This document shows, piece after piece, positions 40,907-51,492 of a stretch of DNA of 59,906 bases; position 1 is the stretch's first letter; every line of letters begins with the position of its first letter. A program made the translations under genes and the position numbers. This DNA is from Promethearchaeota archaeon (lineage in GTDB: Archaea > Asgardarchaeota > Lokiarchaeia > Sigyniarchaeales > SOKP01). The DNA lies in assembly GCA_048939015.1 (NCBI GenBank), contig JBHLPW010000011.1:26930-86835 (forward strand), read 5' to 3'. The notes below the pieces were generated by a model. That model was not told where the DNA came from and did no database searches. It was given only the letters and a program-made list of their open reading frames with translations.

Positions 40907-42181
40907 ATGGGTGTCGAAGAAACATTAAAGAAGTATAGTTGGATTTTACCGCTTATTCAAAAAGCCGATAGAGTAACAAGATCATTGATAATGAAAAATT
41001 TTAGACAAAAAAAGTCGAATTTTTTCCCAGAAGGTGAGTATAAGGCTAATGTTGATGATTTAATTAAATGTATGCTCTGTCCTAATATGTGTAGATTTGA
41101 TTGTGGGACACTACAAGCATCATTAACCGAAACAATGAGTCCTGCATATAAAGCAAAAATTGGATACTACTTAACAACTGGAAAGATTGATCCAAGAAAA
41201 AATGAGAATAAGGCTTTTATTGATTTGATGTATAAATGTACGAATGAGGAAAACTGTAAGGTATGGTGCCCGTTTGAATTCTCTGTTGTATCGCTTCTAG
41301 AAACTGTTAGAGATGATTTAAATAATAAAGGGTTAATGCCGGATTACTGTAAGCAGCAGATTGATAAGTTAAACAAGACCAATACTATAGAAGAATATAA
41401 TATTTATGAAACTTATAAAGATAAAGGAATAGAAAATATAGAAACTGATGGGAGTGATGAGGTATTCTATTATATTGGATGCGAATCAATGAAGTTCCCT
41501 GATGTAGTAAATGCTAATATCCAAATTTTAAAGAAAGCAGGGATTAAATTCTCAACTAATCTTGAGAAGAAAGTATGTTGTGGAGGCCCAGCGTTTAATA
41601 TTAGAGATTTGAAAACCGCGAATAAATTTATGAATAAAAATGAGGAACTCATAGAAGCTACAGTAGCTGAAACGATTGTATCGGATTGTCCTGGTTGTAT
41701 ATTAACATTAACAAAACGATATGAGAATGCTGGAACTAAAATTGAAAAAAATATACTTCATATTACTAAGTTTATTAAGAAACTATTTGATGATGGAAAA
41801 CTACAACTGCAAAACGATGTTCCAGAGGAATATAAAAAAATAGCGATCCATGATCCATGCCTAATTGCGAGAAATCTAAATGATACAGAATCAATTAGAG
41901 GAATTCTTAACAGGATTCCAGATTTGGAAATTGTCGAGCCTGTTTATAATAAAGAGTATGTACATTGTTGCGGATGGAGTGGTACAGCTCATTGGGCAGA
42001 TAAAGACATAGCCATTCGAGAAGCACGGAATCGAATTAATGAATTAAAAGAAACAGGGACAGAAATTTTTATTTCTGCTTGCCCTCTGTGTGAATTAGGT
42101 TTAGCATATGGAATTGAAGAAACAGAAAAAGAAAAATATAAAATATTAGATATATCTGAATTATTATTAAAATTACTTTAA
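40907..42181 (+). CDS. Fe-S oxidoreductase (GlpC/GlcF/HdrD-like): ferredoxin motifs plus two CCG domains
   Basis: CMLCPNMCRFDC, CTNEENCKVWCP, YIGC, VCCGG, SDCPGC, HDPC, HCCGW, SACPLC. Confidence 0.9.
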   Translation: MGVEETLKKYSWILPLIQKADRVTRSLIMKNFRQKKSNFFPEGEYKANVDDLIKCMLCPNMCRFDCGTLQASLTETMSPAYKAKIGYYLTTGKIDPRKNENKAFIDLMYKCTNEENCKVWCPFEFSVVSLLETVRDDLNNKGLMPDYCKQQIDKLNKTNTIEEYNIYETYKDKGIENIETDGSDEVFYYIGCESMKFPDVVNANIQILKKAGIKFSTNLEKKVCCGGPAFNIRDLKTANKFMNKNEELIEATVAETIVSDCPGCILTLTKRYENAGTKIEKNILHITKFIKKLFDDGKLQLQNDVPEEYKKIAIHDPCLIARNLNDTESIRGILNRIPDLEIVEPVYNKEYVHCCGWSGTAHWADKDIAIREARNRINELKETGTEIFISACPLCELGLAYGIEETEKEKYKILDISELLLKLL

Positions 42182-42209
42182 TATAAAAAATATTAAGATA
42201 AGTGGTTAA

Positions 42210-43670
42210 ATGAGTGAATTAATTTGTGTATTTGATGTTGGGACAACGGGAGCAAGAACTATTGTATTTGATGTTAATGGCAAAGTAATTGCTAAAGCTT
42301 ATGAAGAATATCCTATTATAAAACAACCAATAGGAATTTCTGAGCAAGATCCAATAATTTGGTGGACTGCAATTAGAAATACTTGTAATAAAGTGACAAG
42401 AACAATAAATCCTGAAGATATTATTGGAATTTCAGCAACTTTTCTTCGTGGTACGGTAACGATAATTGATAAAAATGGTGAAGTACTTCATCCTGCCTTA
42501 ACTTGGATGGATGAAAGAGAAGAACATACAGCTTTAGAATGGAAAAAGGAAGTTGATCTCAGAAGATCGATTCCCAAAATCCTTTGGATTAAGAAAAATA
42601 AACCAGATTTATTCAATAAAGCTGATAAAATTATCCACACTGATTCTTATATATATATGAAATTATGTGATGAATGTATAACAGACCCATCAATAAGTAT
42701 TTGGGGAGTATTAAATAATAATTCACTTAAATGGGATGAGGAATTAGCAGAACAATTTGATTTACCCATAAGCCTTTGGCCAGAATTGCGTCAACCTGGA
42801 GAAATTATTGGTGAATTATCCGGTAGTGCTGCGGATGCTTTATGTTTAAAAAAACATACTCCAATTATAGCAGGGGGTAGTGATCAACAATGTTCAGCAT
42901 TAGGACTAGGCGTTATTAACGTAGGTCAAGCTAAAGCAACTACTGGAACAGGTACATTTGTAGATTATGTTGTAGATCACCCCATTGAACCTGCGGGAGA
43001 TTTTCCTATTTTTTCATTACCATCTGTTTTAAAAGGTAAATGGAATATAGAGGGTGTTTATCCTGGATCAGGTGATGCATTAAAATGGTTTGCGAATAAT
43101 TTCTCTCAATTACAGCTTAAACAGAGTAAAGAACTGGATAAAAATGTGTATGATATGCTAAGTTCAGAAGCAGCAACAATTCCTCCTGGAAGTGGAGGAT
43201 TGCTTTTTTTGACAGGATTATCTATCTTCAGAAAAGGGACTATTCATGGTTTGGATTGGAATCATACTAGAGCACACATAATTCGTTCGATAATGGAATC
43301 TGCTGCCTTGGGTACTCGATATTATCTTCAAACTACAGAAGCAATGGGTGGTGAAAAAACGACTGAATTGAGGGTTGATGGAGGGGGAATGAATAGTGAT
43401 TTATGGGTCCAAATTTTTGCTGATATTACCGAGAAAAAAATATTAGTTGCAGAGAATAAAGATGGTGCCGCTATGGGGGCAGCGATCTTAGGATTTTTGG
43501 GATGTAAAAGATATAATATGATTGAGAAAGCTATTGAAAATATGATTAGATTTCCTACATCTAAAAATCCAATTAAAGAAAATTCGAAAATATATAAGAA
43601 ATTGTACAGAATTTTTCTACCTACACTTCTAGAAATCTATTCAAAAAAGCGTGTAACAAAAGACCTTTAA
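42210..43670 (+). CDS. FGGY family carbohydrate kinase
   Basis: DVGTTGAR, EQDP, LTWMDER, GGSDQ, TTGTG, VDGGG, GAAILG. Confidence 0.93.
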   Translation: MSELICVFDVGTTGARTIVFDVNGKVIAKAYEEYPIIKQPIGISEQDPIIWWTAIRNTCNKVTRTINPEDIIGISATFLRGTVTIIDKNGEVLHPALTWMDEREEHTALEWKKEVDLRRSIPKILWIKKNKPDLFNKADKIIHTDSYIYMKLCDECITDPSISIWGVLNNNSLKWDEELAEQFDLPISLWPELRQPGEIIGELSGSAADALCLKKHTPIIAGGSDQQCSALGLGVINVGQAKATTGTGTFVDYVVDHPIEPAGDFPIFSLPSVLKGKWNIEGVYPGSGDALKWFANNFSQLQLKQSKELDKNVYDMLSSEAATIPPGSGGLLFLTGLSIFRKGTIHGLDWNHTRAHIIRSIMESAALGTRYYLQTTEAMGGEKTTELRVDGGGMNSDLWVQIFADITEKKILVAENKDGAAMGAAILGFLGCKRYNMIEKAIENMIRFPTSKNPIKENSKIYKKLYRIFLPTLLEIYSKKRVTKDL

Positions 43671-43859
43671 TTCTATCTTATAATTTCTTTTTTCATATTT
43701 TAATTTTGAAAATTTTTTCATTAATTACCTCTATTTGATTTCAAATTGAGTAAAAATTTCATTTTAAACTGTAAAATTTGTATGATTTTTGATTTTAGAA
43801 AAGTATTTTTGGAATATTTAATTTCAAAAATTATTGAATATTACTATTGATAATCTCAC

Positions 43860-44687
43860 ATGCCTTATTTCAAGAACCAAGAGGGTTATAATCTATATTA
43901 TGAAAATATCAACCCCGATTCAAAAGCATGTACTATAATTTTACTTCACGGATTTGCATCTTCTGCATCATTTTTTAAAGCGCAAATTAAAATATTGAAA
44001 GAAAATTATCGAATTATTGCTTTTGACGCATTAGGGCATGGGAGGAGTGATCATCCAAAGGAATTTAACCTGACAAAAAACCTTAGATATGATATAATAA
44101 GAGATTTAGAAGATCTTCTAAAGAATTTAGAAATTAATGAGAAATATGGTATTATTGGTCACTCTTTAGTAGGAGGAATGATTGCTCAATTATTTGCTGT
44201 AAAACATCCTGAAGATATTAAATTTCTTATTCTTCTAAATTCCGGATACATTATGATTGATAACGTTGTAAGAAATATCTTTTACAATTTACTCCCCTAT
44301 TTTATCAGGATGAATTTTTTAGAAGTATTAGCCAATTCTGTAGAAAAAATATTAGATAAGACAATTCCTTATATAATTACTGCTTTATCAGACTCATTAT
44401 CTGGCTCAAGTTTGACGAAAGATGAATTATATATGCAAATTGAGGATCAAATTTTCCGAATGATCCATGAGATTAAAGAATATGATCCCTCGGGTATCAA
44501 TTGTCCTACATTGATAATCGGTGGAAGACTTGATAATTTTGCTCCAGAGCAAATGTCAGAAGAATTACATAGAATGATACCGAATTCCACATTAAACATA
44601 ATCGATATGGCCGGTCATTTTGCTCCTGCACAGAGGAAAGAGGTTGTTAATGAATTAATCTGTGATTTTATAAGGAAACTTAAATAG
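43860..44687 (+). CDS. Alpha/beta hydrolase
   Basis: LLHGF, DALGHGRS, GHSLVGG, PTLIIGGRLD, AGH. Confidence 0.9.
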   Translation: MPYFKNQEGYNLYYENINPDSKACTIILLHGFASSASFFKAQIKILKENYRIIAFDALGHGRSDHPKEFNLTKNLRYDIIRDLEDLLKNLEINEKYGIIGHSLVGGMIAQLFAVKHPEDIKFLILLNSGYIMIDNVVRNIFYNLLPYFIRMNFLEVLANSVEKILDKTIPYIITALSDSLSGSSLTKDELYMQIEDQIFRMIHEIKEYDPSGINCPTLIIGGRLDNFAPEQMSEELHRMIPNSTLNIIDMAGHFAPAQRKEVVNELICDFIRKLK

Positions 44688-44712
44688 TTTTTTTTCAATA
44701 GCTATAAAATGA

Positions 44713-45090
44713 ATGATTATGAATAATAGTAAAGCTAATGATTTTGAAACTACAATTTCATTCTTTAAAGAGGAAGTAAGTAAATTTGTAGAAGATCGTA
44801 ATTGGAATATTTATCATACTCCTAAAAACTTAGTACAAGCGATAAATTGCGAAGCCGGTGAATTATCTCAATTATTATTGTTCAAGGAATATACTGTGGA
44901 TGATATATGGAAAGATACTCAACTTCTTACAGGTATATCTGAAGAGATCGCTGATGTTTTTATTTACCTAATCAGTCTGGTAAATGCCTTAGATTTGGAC
45001 TTAAGTGAAATTTTTGTAAATAAAATGAAAAAAAATAAAAAAAAATATTCAAGTAACGAATTTAATAATGGAAAATATTATAAAAAATAA
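44713..45090 (+). CDS. MazG-like nucleotide pyrophosphohydrolase (dCTP pyrophosphatase-like)
   Basis: RNWNIYHTPKNL, EAGEL, EEIADVFIYL, KMKKNKKKY. Confidence 0.9.
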   Translation: MIMNNSKANDFETTISFFKEEVSKFVEDRNWNIYHTPKNLVQAINCEAGELSQLLLFKEYTVDDIWKDTQLLTGISEEIADVFIYLISLVNALDLDLSEIFVNKMKKNKKKYSSNEFNNGKYYKK

Positions 45091-45107
45091 AAGAGAATGA
45101 AAAAAAC

Positions 45108-45578
45108 ATGACAGAAATTAATAAAGCTCTTTTAGCCCCATGTGGATTATATTGTGGTGTTTGTGCCATTCATATTGCTGATAGAGATAATAATGTAAAA
45201 TTTAAGGAGATTCTAGTTGATGTTTATAAACCATTTTCGAAGACTAGTGAAGATATTAAATGTAAGGGATGCCTTTCAGAAAATCAAGATGATATTTTTG
45301 GATATTGTAAGATTTGTCCAATTAGAGATTGTGTAAAAAGCAAAGGATTTGAAAGTTGTTATCAATGTAATGATTTCCCCTGCAAATTTATTGATAAGTT
45401 CCCTATTCCTGTTGGTAAAAAGGTAATTTTAAGAGCGATACCTCAGTGGAAAGAGTTAGGAACCGAAAAATGGGTTGAAGCAGAAGAAAAAAGATACCAT
45501 TGTCCTGAATGTGGTAATTCATTGTTCCGAGGGGCAAAACGCTGCAATAAATGCAAAAAATCTGTAAATGTAGATTGA
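45108..45578 (+). CDS. DUF3795 Cys-rich protein with C-terminal Zn ribbon
   Basis: APCGLYCGVC, CKGC, CPIRDC, CYQCNDFPC, CPECG...CNKC. Confidence 0.85.
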   Translation: MTEINKALLAPCGLYCGVCAIHIADRDNNVKFKEILVDVYKPFSKTSEDIKCKGCLSENQDDIFGYCKICPIRDCVKSKGFESCYQCNDFPCKFIDKFPIPVGKKVILRAIPQWKELGTEKWVEAEEKRYHCPECGNSLFRGAKRCNKCKKSVNVD

Positions 45579-45639
45579 AGAGAATTTTATTTTTAAATTA
45601 ATAATTAGAATTTTTATAGAAATTCTATTTTTTTTTAAC

Positions 45640-46617
45640 ATGGTTGCTAATAATATTGATGAGATAATCAAGGAACAATTAAAATATACCTTAAAAGAAA
45701 CTAATTTTCCGGATTTGGGAAAATTATATCGAGGTAAAGTCAGGGACAATTATATAGGACAAGATAAAAGGATAATTATTGCGACAGACCGTCTAAGTGC
45801 TTTTGATAGAGTAATAACTACAATTCCCTTTAAAGGACAAATGTTAAATCAAGTCTCATCTTTTTGGTTTGAAAAAACTAAAGACATTGTAAAAAATCAT
45901 ATTATTGATATTCCAGATCCAAACGTAGCTGTTGTTCATCAATGCGAAACAGTTCCAGTTGAAATAATAGTGAGAGGATATCTAACCGGAAGTATGTGGC
46001 GAGATTATAATAAAGGGAAACCTACTTCGGGTATAATGCCACCCAACGGTATGCAAAAAAACCAGAAGTTTGATGAGATTATCATAACTCCATCAACAAA
46101 AGCAGAATCTGGTCATGATATTTATCTTTCAAAAGAAGAGATCTTGAAACGAGGAATGGTTGAAAAGTATGTTTATGATAAAATGGAAGAAGCTGCGATT
46201 AAATTATTTAGTTTCGGTCAAAAATTTTGTAAAAACAATGGGCTTATCCTAGTTGACACCAAATATGAATTTGGATTGAGAGATGGAGAATTAATGGTTA
46301 TTGATGAAATTCACACACAGGATTCGTCCCGATTTTGGATCCTTGAAACATATGAAGAGAAATTTGAAAAAGGAAATTCCCCCGATATTTTGGATAAAGA
46401 AATTTTTAGAAGTTGGCTAATGGATACATATCCTGATATCTTTCCAAATATCAGGCCAGAAGAAGATATTCCTCCAATTTCAGAAGATATTAAAATAGAA
46501 CTAGCAAAAAGATATATGCGGAGTTATGAAAAGATTACTGGATTAGAATTTAAGGCAGAGATTTCTGATGTTCGAAGTAGAATTTATGAAAGTTTAAAGT
46601 TCGCCAATTATATATAG
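45640..46617 (+). CDS. purC: SAICAR synthetase
   Basis: YRGKVRD, TDRLSAFD, EIIVRGYLTGS, TPSTK, DTKYEFG, DEIHTQDSSRFW. Confidence 0.96.
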   Translation: MVANNIDEIIKEQLKYTLKETNFPDLGKLYRGKVRDNYIGQDKRIIIATDRLSAFDRVITTIPFKGQMLNQVSSFWFEKTKDIVKNHIIDIPDPNVAVVHQCETVPVEIIVRGYLTGSMWRDYNKGKPTSGIMPPNGMQKNQKFDEIIITPSTKAESGHDIYLSKEEILKRGMVEKYVYDKMEEAAIKLFSFGQKFCKNNGLILVDTKYEFGLRDGELMVIDEIHTQDSSRFWILETYEEKFEKGNSPDILDKEIFRSWLMDTYPDIFPNIRPEEDIPPISEDIKIELAKRYMRSYEKITGLEFKAEISDVRSRIYESLKFANYI

Positions 46618-46662
46618 AATTTAAGAAAAATTTAAATACCATTCACAGTAAATTTTCGTATT

Positions 46663-46866
46663 ATGCTGAATTTAATTTTATTATTTATTGATTTTACTCT
46701 GTTCATCTTGAGTTTTGCTTTCATAATCTTCGATATCAAAAGTTATAAGCTTGAAAAAAATGAAGAAAAAAAAGGAACTGTTATTCCTAAACGAAGCCGA
46801 TTTGCTTTATTATTTGGGCTATTAGCTCTTGTTCTTGCAGTAATCATTAGTTTAGGGTATCTCTAA
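46663..46866 (+). CDS. Small two-TM membrane protein
   Basis: 67 aa; two hydrophobic helices separated by a charged loop. Confidence 0.55.
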   Translation: MLNLILLFIDFTLFILSFAFIIFDIKSYKLEKNEEKKGTVIPKRSRFALLFGLLALVLAVIISLGYL

Positions 46867-47010
46867 TTTCATAAGGAAATCTAGGTTTTTGATGGTTATT
46901 TTAACTTAAATTTTATTGAGGATAAACTAGTTCTTGTCGTTTTTGTCGTTGCGCATTATTTTTAAGTTAATAAGAATTAATAAAAATATATACTACTTCT
47001 TTTTACGCAT

Positions 47011-47283
47011 ATGGCTCTTCAAGAATTTATTGTAGAAGTAATTATTACCAATAAAGAAAAAGCGCGTGATCCTACCGGCGAAACTATAAAAAGAGACTTA
47101 CTTGCCAAAAAAGGTTACGATATGGTATCAAATGTTAGAAGTGGTCAATACTTAAGGTTTAATGTCAATACTGAAAGTGAAGAGCGCGCTAAAAACATCG
47201 TTGAAGATTTATTAAATAAATTGAGAATTTTTAACCCGGTAACTCAAAATTTCAAGATTTTAAAACTACAAAAAGAGTCTTAA
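47011..47283 (+). CDS. purS: FGAM synthase subunit PurS
   Basis: RDPTGETI, VRSG, FNPV; upstream of purQ. Confidence 0.93.
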   Translation: MALQEFIVEVIITNKEKARDPTGETIKRDLLAKKGYDMVSNVRSGQYLRFNVNTESEERAKNIVEDLLNKLRIFNPVTQNFKILKLQKES

Positions 47284-47289
47284 GAAATA

Positions 47290-48003
47290 ATGAGTATTAA
47301 AATAGCTGTAATCCAATTTCCGGGAGCTAATTGTGATTTAGACACAATTCATGTATTAAAAAATGTAATGCATATCGATGTAGATTTGGTATGGCATAAC
47401 TATTTTAAAGAATCCAAATACGATGGTGTAATATTACCCGGAGGATTTTCTTTTGGAGATTATTTGAGAGGAGGTATTATTGCTGCTCATAGTCCAGCAA
47501 TAGATGAAGCAAAAATAATGCTTAAAGATGGAAGACCTGTTATAGGTATCTGTAACGGATGTCAAATCTTAGCTGAAGCTCAATTCATTCCTGGTGCATT
47601 TTTACATAATGAATCACTCAAATTTATATGTAAATGGGTAAATCTTAAGGTAGAAAATAAGAATACTGCTTTTTCAAATAAAATGAATGTTGGTGATGTT
47701 CTTGCTTTACCTATTGCCCATGCTGAAGGTCGTTATTTTAATGATAATATAAAGGAATTAGAAGATAATAATCAAATTGTTTTTCGATATTCGACAGAAC
47801 AAGGGGAATTGACAGATGAGGCAAATCCTAATGGATCATTGGGAAATATTGCAGGAATTTGCAATTTAGAACAAAATTGCATTGGATTAATGCCCCATCC
47901 GGAACGTGCTTCTGAGAGAATTTTAAGTCCTAAGGGGACTGAACACGGGAAATTATTTTTTAATTCTATGATTGATTTTATTAAAAGGAGGTTTTCGTAT
48001 TGA
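47290..48003 (+). CDS. purQ: FGAM synthase subunit PurQ
   Basis: FPGANCD, PGGFSFGDYLR, GICNGCQ, AHAEG, NPNGS, MPHPER. Confidence 0.97.
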   Translation: MSIKIAVIQFPGANCDLDTIHVLKNVMHIDVDLVWHNYFKESKYDGVILPGGFSFGDYLRGGIIAAHSPAIDEAKIMLKDGRPVIGICNGCQILAEAQFIPGAFLHNESLKFICKWVNLKVENKNTAFSNKMNVGDVLALPIAHAEGRYFNDNIKELEDNNQIVFRYSTEQGELTDEANPNGSLGNIAGICNLEQNCIGLMPHPERASERILSPKGTEHGKLFFNSMIDFIKRRFSY

Positions 48004-50246
48004 CAAGAATAAAACTTAACGGGGAAGCTGCAGAAGTGGAGATGACAGGAGAGGAGTTTGAGAAAGTTAAAGAATTATTAGAGAGAGAACCGAATATAAC
48101 AGAATTAGGCATGTTTGATGTTATGTGGAGCGAACATTGCTCCTATAAGTCTTCACGTCCAAAATTGAAGATATTTGAGGATGCTGAGGCAAATTATGAC
48201 TATGTATTAGCAGGACCTGGACAAGATGCAGGAGTTATTGATATTGGAGACGGCTATGCCTTAGCATTTCGAATAGAATCTCATAATCATCCTTCTGCTA
48301 TAGAACCTTATCATGGAGCTGCAACGGGGATTGGCGGTATAATAAGAGATATTCTTTGCATGGGGGTGAGACCAATCGCATTATTAGATCCTTTAAGATT
48401 TGGAAAATTGAAAAACAATCCACATTCACAATGGTTATTTAAATATGTAGTGAAAGGTATTGCTGATTATGGTAACTGTACTGGAATTCCTACTATAGGT
48501 GGTGAGGTTGAATTTGATGATAGCTTTGAAAGTAATTGTTTAGTAAACGTTGCATGTATAGGATTGGGTACGATTGAAGATTTTGAGCATGCTCCTAGTA
48601 GAGCATACAATCCAGGAGATTATGTTATATTAATGGGAGGATCTACAGGTAGAGATGGAATTCATGGAGTGACATTCGCATCTCGAACATTAACTGAGAT
48701 GTCTGAAGCGGATAGGCCTGCTGTTCAAATCGGGGATCCGTTTACTAAAAAATTGATTATAGAAGCCACAATTGAAGCTGTAAAGACAGGTTATGTAAGA
48801 GGACTAAAAGATCTTGGAGGTGGAGGCCTAACTTGTGCAACAAGTGAATTAACTGGGGATGGCAACACGGGAGGAAATATAGATTTAAGAAAAGTTTTTA
48901 CACGAGAACCAGGAATGAATTCTTATGAAATTATGCTTTCTGAATCACAAGAAAGGATGGCATTCATAGTAAAACCACAGGGATTAGAAACAGTCCTTGA
49001 TGTCTTTAGAAAATATGAAATGGCTTTTGCAGTTATTGGAAGAACTGATGACTCCAAAGTTCTTAAGGTATTTGATGGCAAAAATTTAGTCGTAAATATA
49101 CCAGCTAAAGCTCTATCTGAATCACCAATGTTTAAACGGCAGGAAAAAAAACCTTTGTACTTAGAGGGATTACTAACTCAAAAAACTCCAAAACCATCCT
49201 TAAAACTTGAAGAAATCATATATAGGTTAATAGCTTCGGAAAACATATGTAGTAAAGAATGGGTTTATCGACAATATGATCATGAGGTAGGTGTTAGATC
49301 TGTTGTCAAATGTGGAGATGGAGATTCAGGAGTGCTTAGAATCATTGGCACTGATAAATTTATAGCAGCCAGTGTAGGCGTGAATTCGAAACATTGCTTT
49401 TTGGATCCTTATGACGGTGTAAGAGGAGGACTTGTTGAAGAATGTGGAAATCTAATAGCGAATGGAGCAAAACCAATGGCGATGGTTAACTGTTGCAATT
49501 TTGGCAATCCAGAGATACCTGAATCATTTTGGTACTTCTCTAAAGCAGTTGATGGGATGAATAATTTTTGTAGGACTATGAGACTTCCTATAGTTGGAGG
49601 AAATGTATCTTTTTACAATGAAGATGAAGTAAAAAAAACAGCCATCAAAGCTACACCAATGATAATGGTTGTGGGACTCATTCATGGAGAAAATAATATT
49701 ATAACTCTTCCATTTAAGAAAGCGGGGAACTTAATTTTTATAATAGGTGAAACAAAAGCAGAATTGGGTGGTTCAGAATATCATTCAGTAATATATAATA
49801 TCGAAGGAGGAAATCCTCCTAAAGTTGAGGAAAAAAAGATTAACTCAAGATGGAATTTTTTATTTGAACTTTATCAAAATGGAATAGTTAAAGCTAACCA
49901 TGATGTTAATAAAGGTGGTTTTGTTATAACTATAGCTGAAATGTGTTTTAAGAATAATTTGGGAGCAGAATTGGACTTCACAAATTGTTTTGATAAAACT
50001 TTAAGAGATGACGAGTTATTATTTAGTGAATCCTATGGAAGGTTTATTATTGAAGCTGAACCCAATGATGTTAATAAAATCTTAGAGATCGCAAAAAAAC
50101 ACAGAGTAAATATTAAAAAAATCGGGGAGATTATTCCAAAACCAGAAATTAATATTAGAGGATTGGATTATGGAGAAATCAAGCTTGATTTGTCAGAATT
50201 GAAAGAAAGATTTGATTCTACAATTCCAGGTTTAATGGAAATCTGA
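48000..50246 (+). CDS. purL: FGAM synthase subunit PurL
   Basis: WSEHCSYKS, ESHNHPS, GRDGIHG, DLGGGG, SESQERM, QYDHEV, GGNVSFYN; TTG start overlaps the purQ stop. Confidence 0.97.
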   Translation: MTRIKLNGEAAEVEMTGEEFEKVKELLEREPNITELGMFDVMWSEHCSYKSSRPKLKIFEDAEANYDYVLAGPGQDAGVIDIGDGYALAFRIESHNHPSAIEPYHGAATGIGGIIRDILCMGVRPIALLDPLRFGKLKNNPHSQWLFKYVVKGIADYGNCTGIPTIGGEVEFDDSFESNCLVNVACIGLGTIEDFEHAPSRAYNPGDYVILMGGSTGRDGIHGVTFASRTLTEMSEADRPAVQIGDPFTKKLIIEATIEAVKTGYVRGLKDLGGGGLTCATSELTGDGNTGGNIDLRKVFTREPGMNSYEIMLSESQERMAFIVKPQGLETVLDVFRKYEMAFAVIGRTDDSKVLKVFDGKNLVVNIPAKALSESPMFKRQEKKPLYLEGLLTQKTPKPSLKLEEIIYRLIASENICSKEWVYRQYDHEVGVRSVVKCGDGDSGVLRIIGTDKFIAASVGVNSKHCFLDPYDGVRGGLVEECGNLIANGAKPMAMVNCCNFGNPEIPESFWYFSKAVDGMNNFCRTMRLPIVGGNVSFYNEDEVKKTAIKATPMIMVVGLIHGENNIITLPFKKAGNLIFIIGETKAELGGSEYHSVIYNIEGGNPPKVEEKKINSRWNFLFELYQNGIVKANHDVNKGGFVITIAEMCFKNNLGAELDFTNCFDKTLRDDELLFSESYGRFIIEAEPNDVNKILEIAKKHRVNIKKIGEIIPKPEINIRGLDYGEIKLDLSELKERFDSTIPGLMEI

Positions 50247-50502
50247 TTTATTTATAATAAGATAATTTTTTATAAGAAATTAAAAAAATTACGCAAGAGG
50301 AAATTAATTTTACGCTGCTAATCTTCTAAAAAGTGCAGAATAATTTTTGTTCGTCATTATGTTACAATTTTAATTTAAAATAGTAATCTTGAAATATTTT
50401 CATATTTTATAGATCTTGGAGAATTACATATAGATTAATTCTATTATTGAATAATAAACAAATTTTATATCAAATATAACCACTAGATTTGGGTTTAATA
50501 CT

Positions 50503-50709
50503 ATGAGTCTTCGTTGTCGTGCGTGTATTCGTTGTAAAGAATATATTGTGATTCATGCGGGTAATCCCATTAATCAAGTAGAGATAAAAAGATTTGAAAA
50601 AGTGCATTTAGGTCATACTGTGGTGACTGCTGACCTTAATGAGGTAAAAGGTGCATATACATCTTTTAAAAATCATACAACCGAAGATTCTCCTCAAGAG
50701 GCTAGTTAA
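50503..50709 (+). CDS. Small putative zinc-binding protein
   Basis: CxxC (CIRC) plus HxxH (HLGH) in 68 aa. Confidence 0.7.
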   Translation: MSLRCRACIRCKEYIVIHAGNPINQVEIKRFEKVHLGHTVVTADLNEVKGAYTSFKNHTTEDSPQEAS

Positions 50710-50836
50710 CTATTTTTGTTTAAAATTTATTATTAAACTATTTTGTTTTTCTAATCTTTCAGATATAATTATAAATATATTTATATCTTCGTATCTTAAT
50801 TACCTAATAGGATCTTTCACCTTAATTAATCCATAA

Positions 50837-51454
50837 ATGAAGTATATGGACGACATTCAACGCGAAAGACTACAAAAAAGAATTAGAATAGAAAGGTTAT
50901 ATAAAACAAAATTTAAAAAAACTCTATTGGAAGAGGAGACATTAAAGATATCTAAACCTATGGAGAATAATAAAAGTGTAAAAAAACCTTTAAGTGAGCA
51001 TTTAGATTTCTTAAAGAAATTGGTAAGGTTGATTAATCGCGGTGCAACTGGATTTGATTTGGCATACGAAGTGGAAAAAAATAAAGAAATAAAGTCTTTG
51101 ATCTACGATGGTATATTGTTTTATAATACATTTCTTGAAATTGGGAGTCAGAGATTTATAGATGCCCCTAACAAAAAGACTTCTGATTTTAAATCTTTTA
51201 AAACGATTGAAGATACTGAAAAATATATTTTTATGATTTGGTTAAAAGAAACTATTAATTCTCTTGAAGAAGATATTAAACCTAAAGAAGATTATGAACA
51301 CTATGTAGAAGAAAGAAAAGAACAAGAGCATTTAAAAACTAAAAAGAAATTTATTAAAAAACTTGGTTTTTGTAAAAATTGCGGAGAAAAAATACGAAGT
51401 AGCGAACAAGAATATTGCGAGAAATGTGGTGTAAGACTCTTAGATAATGTTTAA
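50837..51454 (+). CDS. Hypothetical protein with C-terminal zinc ribbon
   Basis: FCKNCGEKI...YCEKCG. Confidence 0.75.
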   Translation: MKYMDDIQRERLQKRIRIERLYKTKFKKTLLEEETLKISKPMENNKSVKKPLSEHLDFLKKLVRLINRGATGFDLAYEVEKNKEIKSLIYDGILFYNTFLEIGSQRFIDAPNKKTSDFKSFKTIEDTEKYIFMIWLKETINSLEEDIKPKEDYEHYVEERKEQEHLKTKKKFIKKLGFCKNCGEKIRSSEQEYCEKCGVRLLDNV

Positions 51455-51492
51455 TTTTAAAATAAAAAATAAAAAGAATTTTTAATTTATTG

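Noticed and set aside
46934-46950. TTGTCGTT direct repeat upstream of purS
   Set aside because: Only two 8-mers and not noticed upstream of purC; insufficient for a regulatory call
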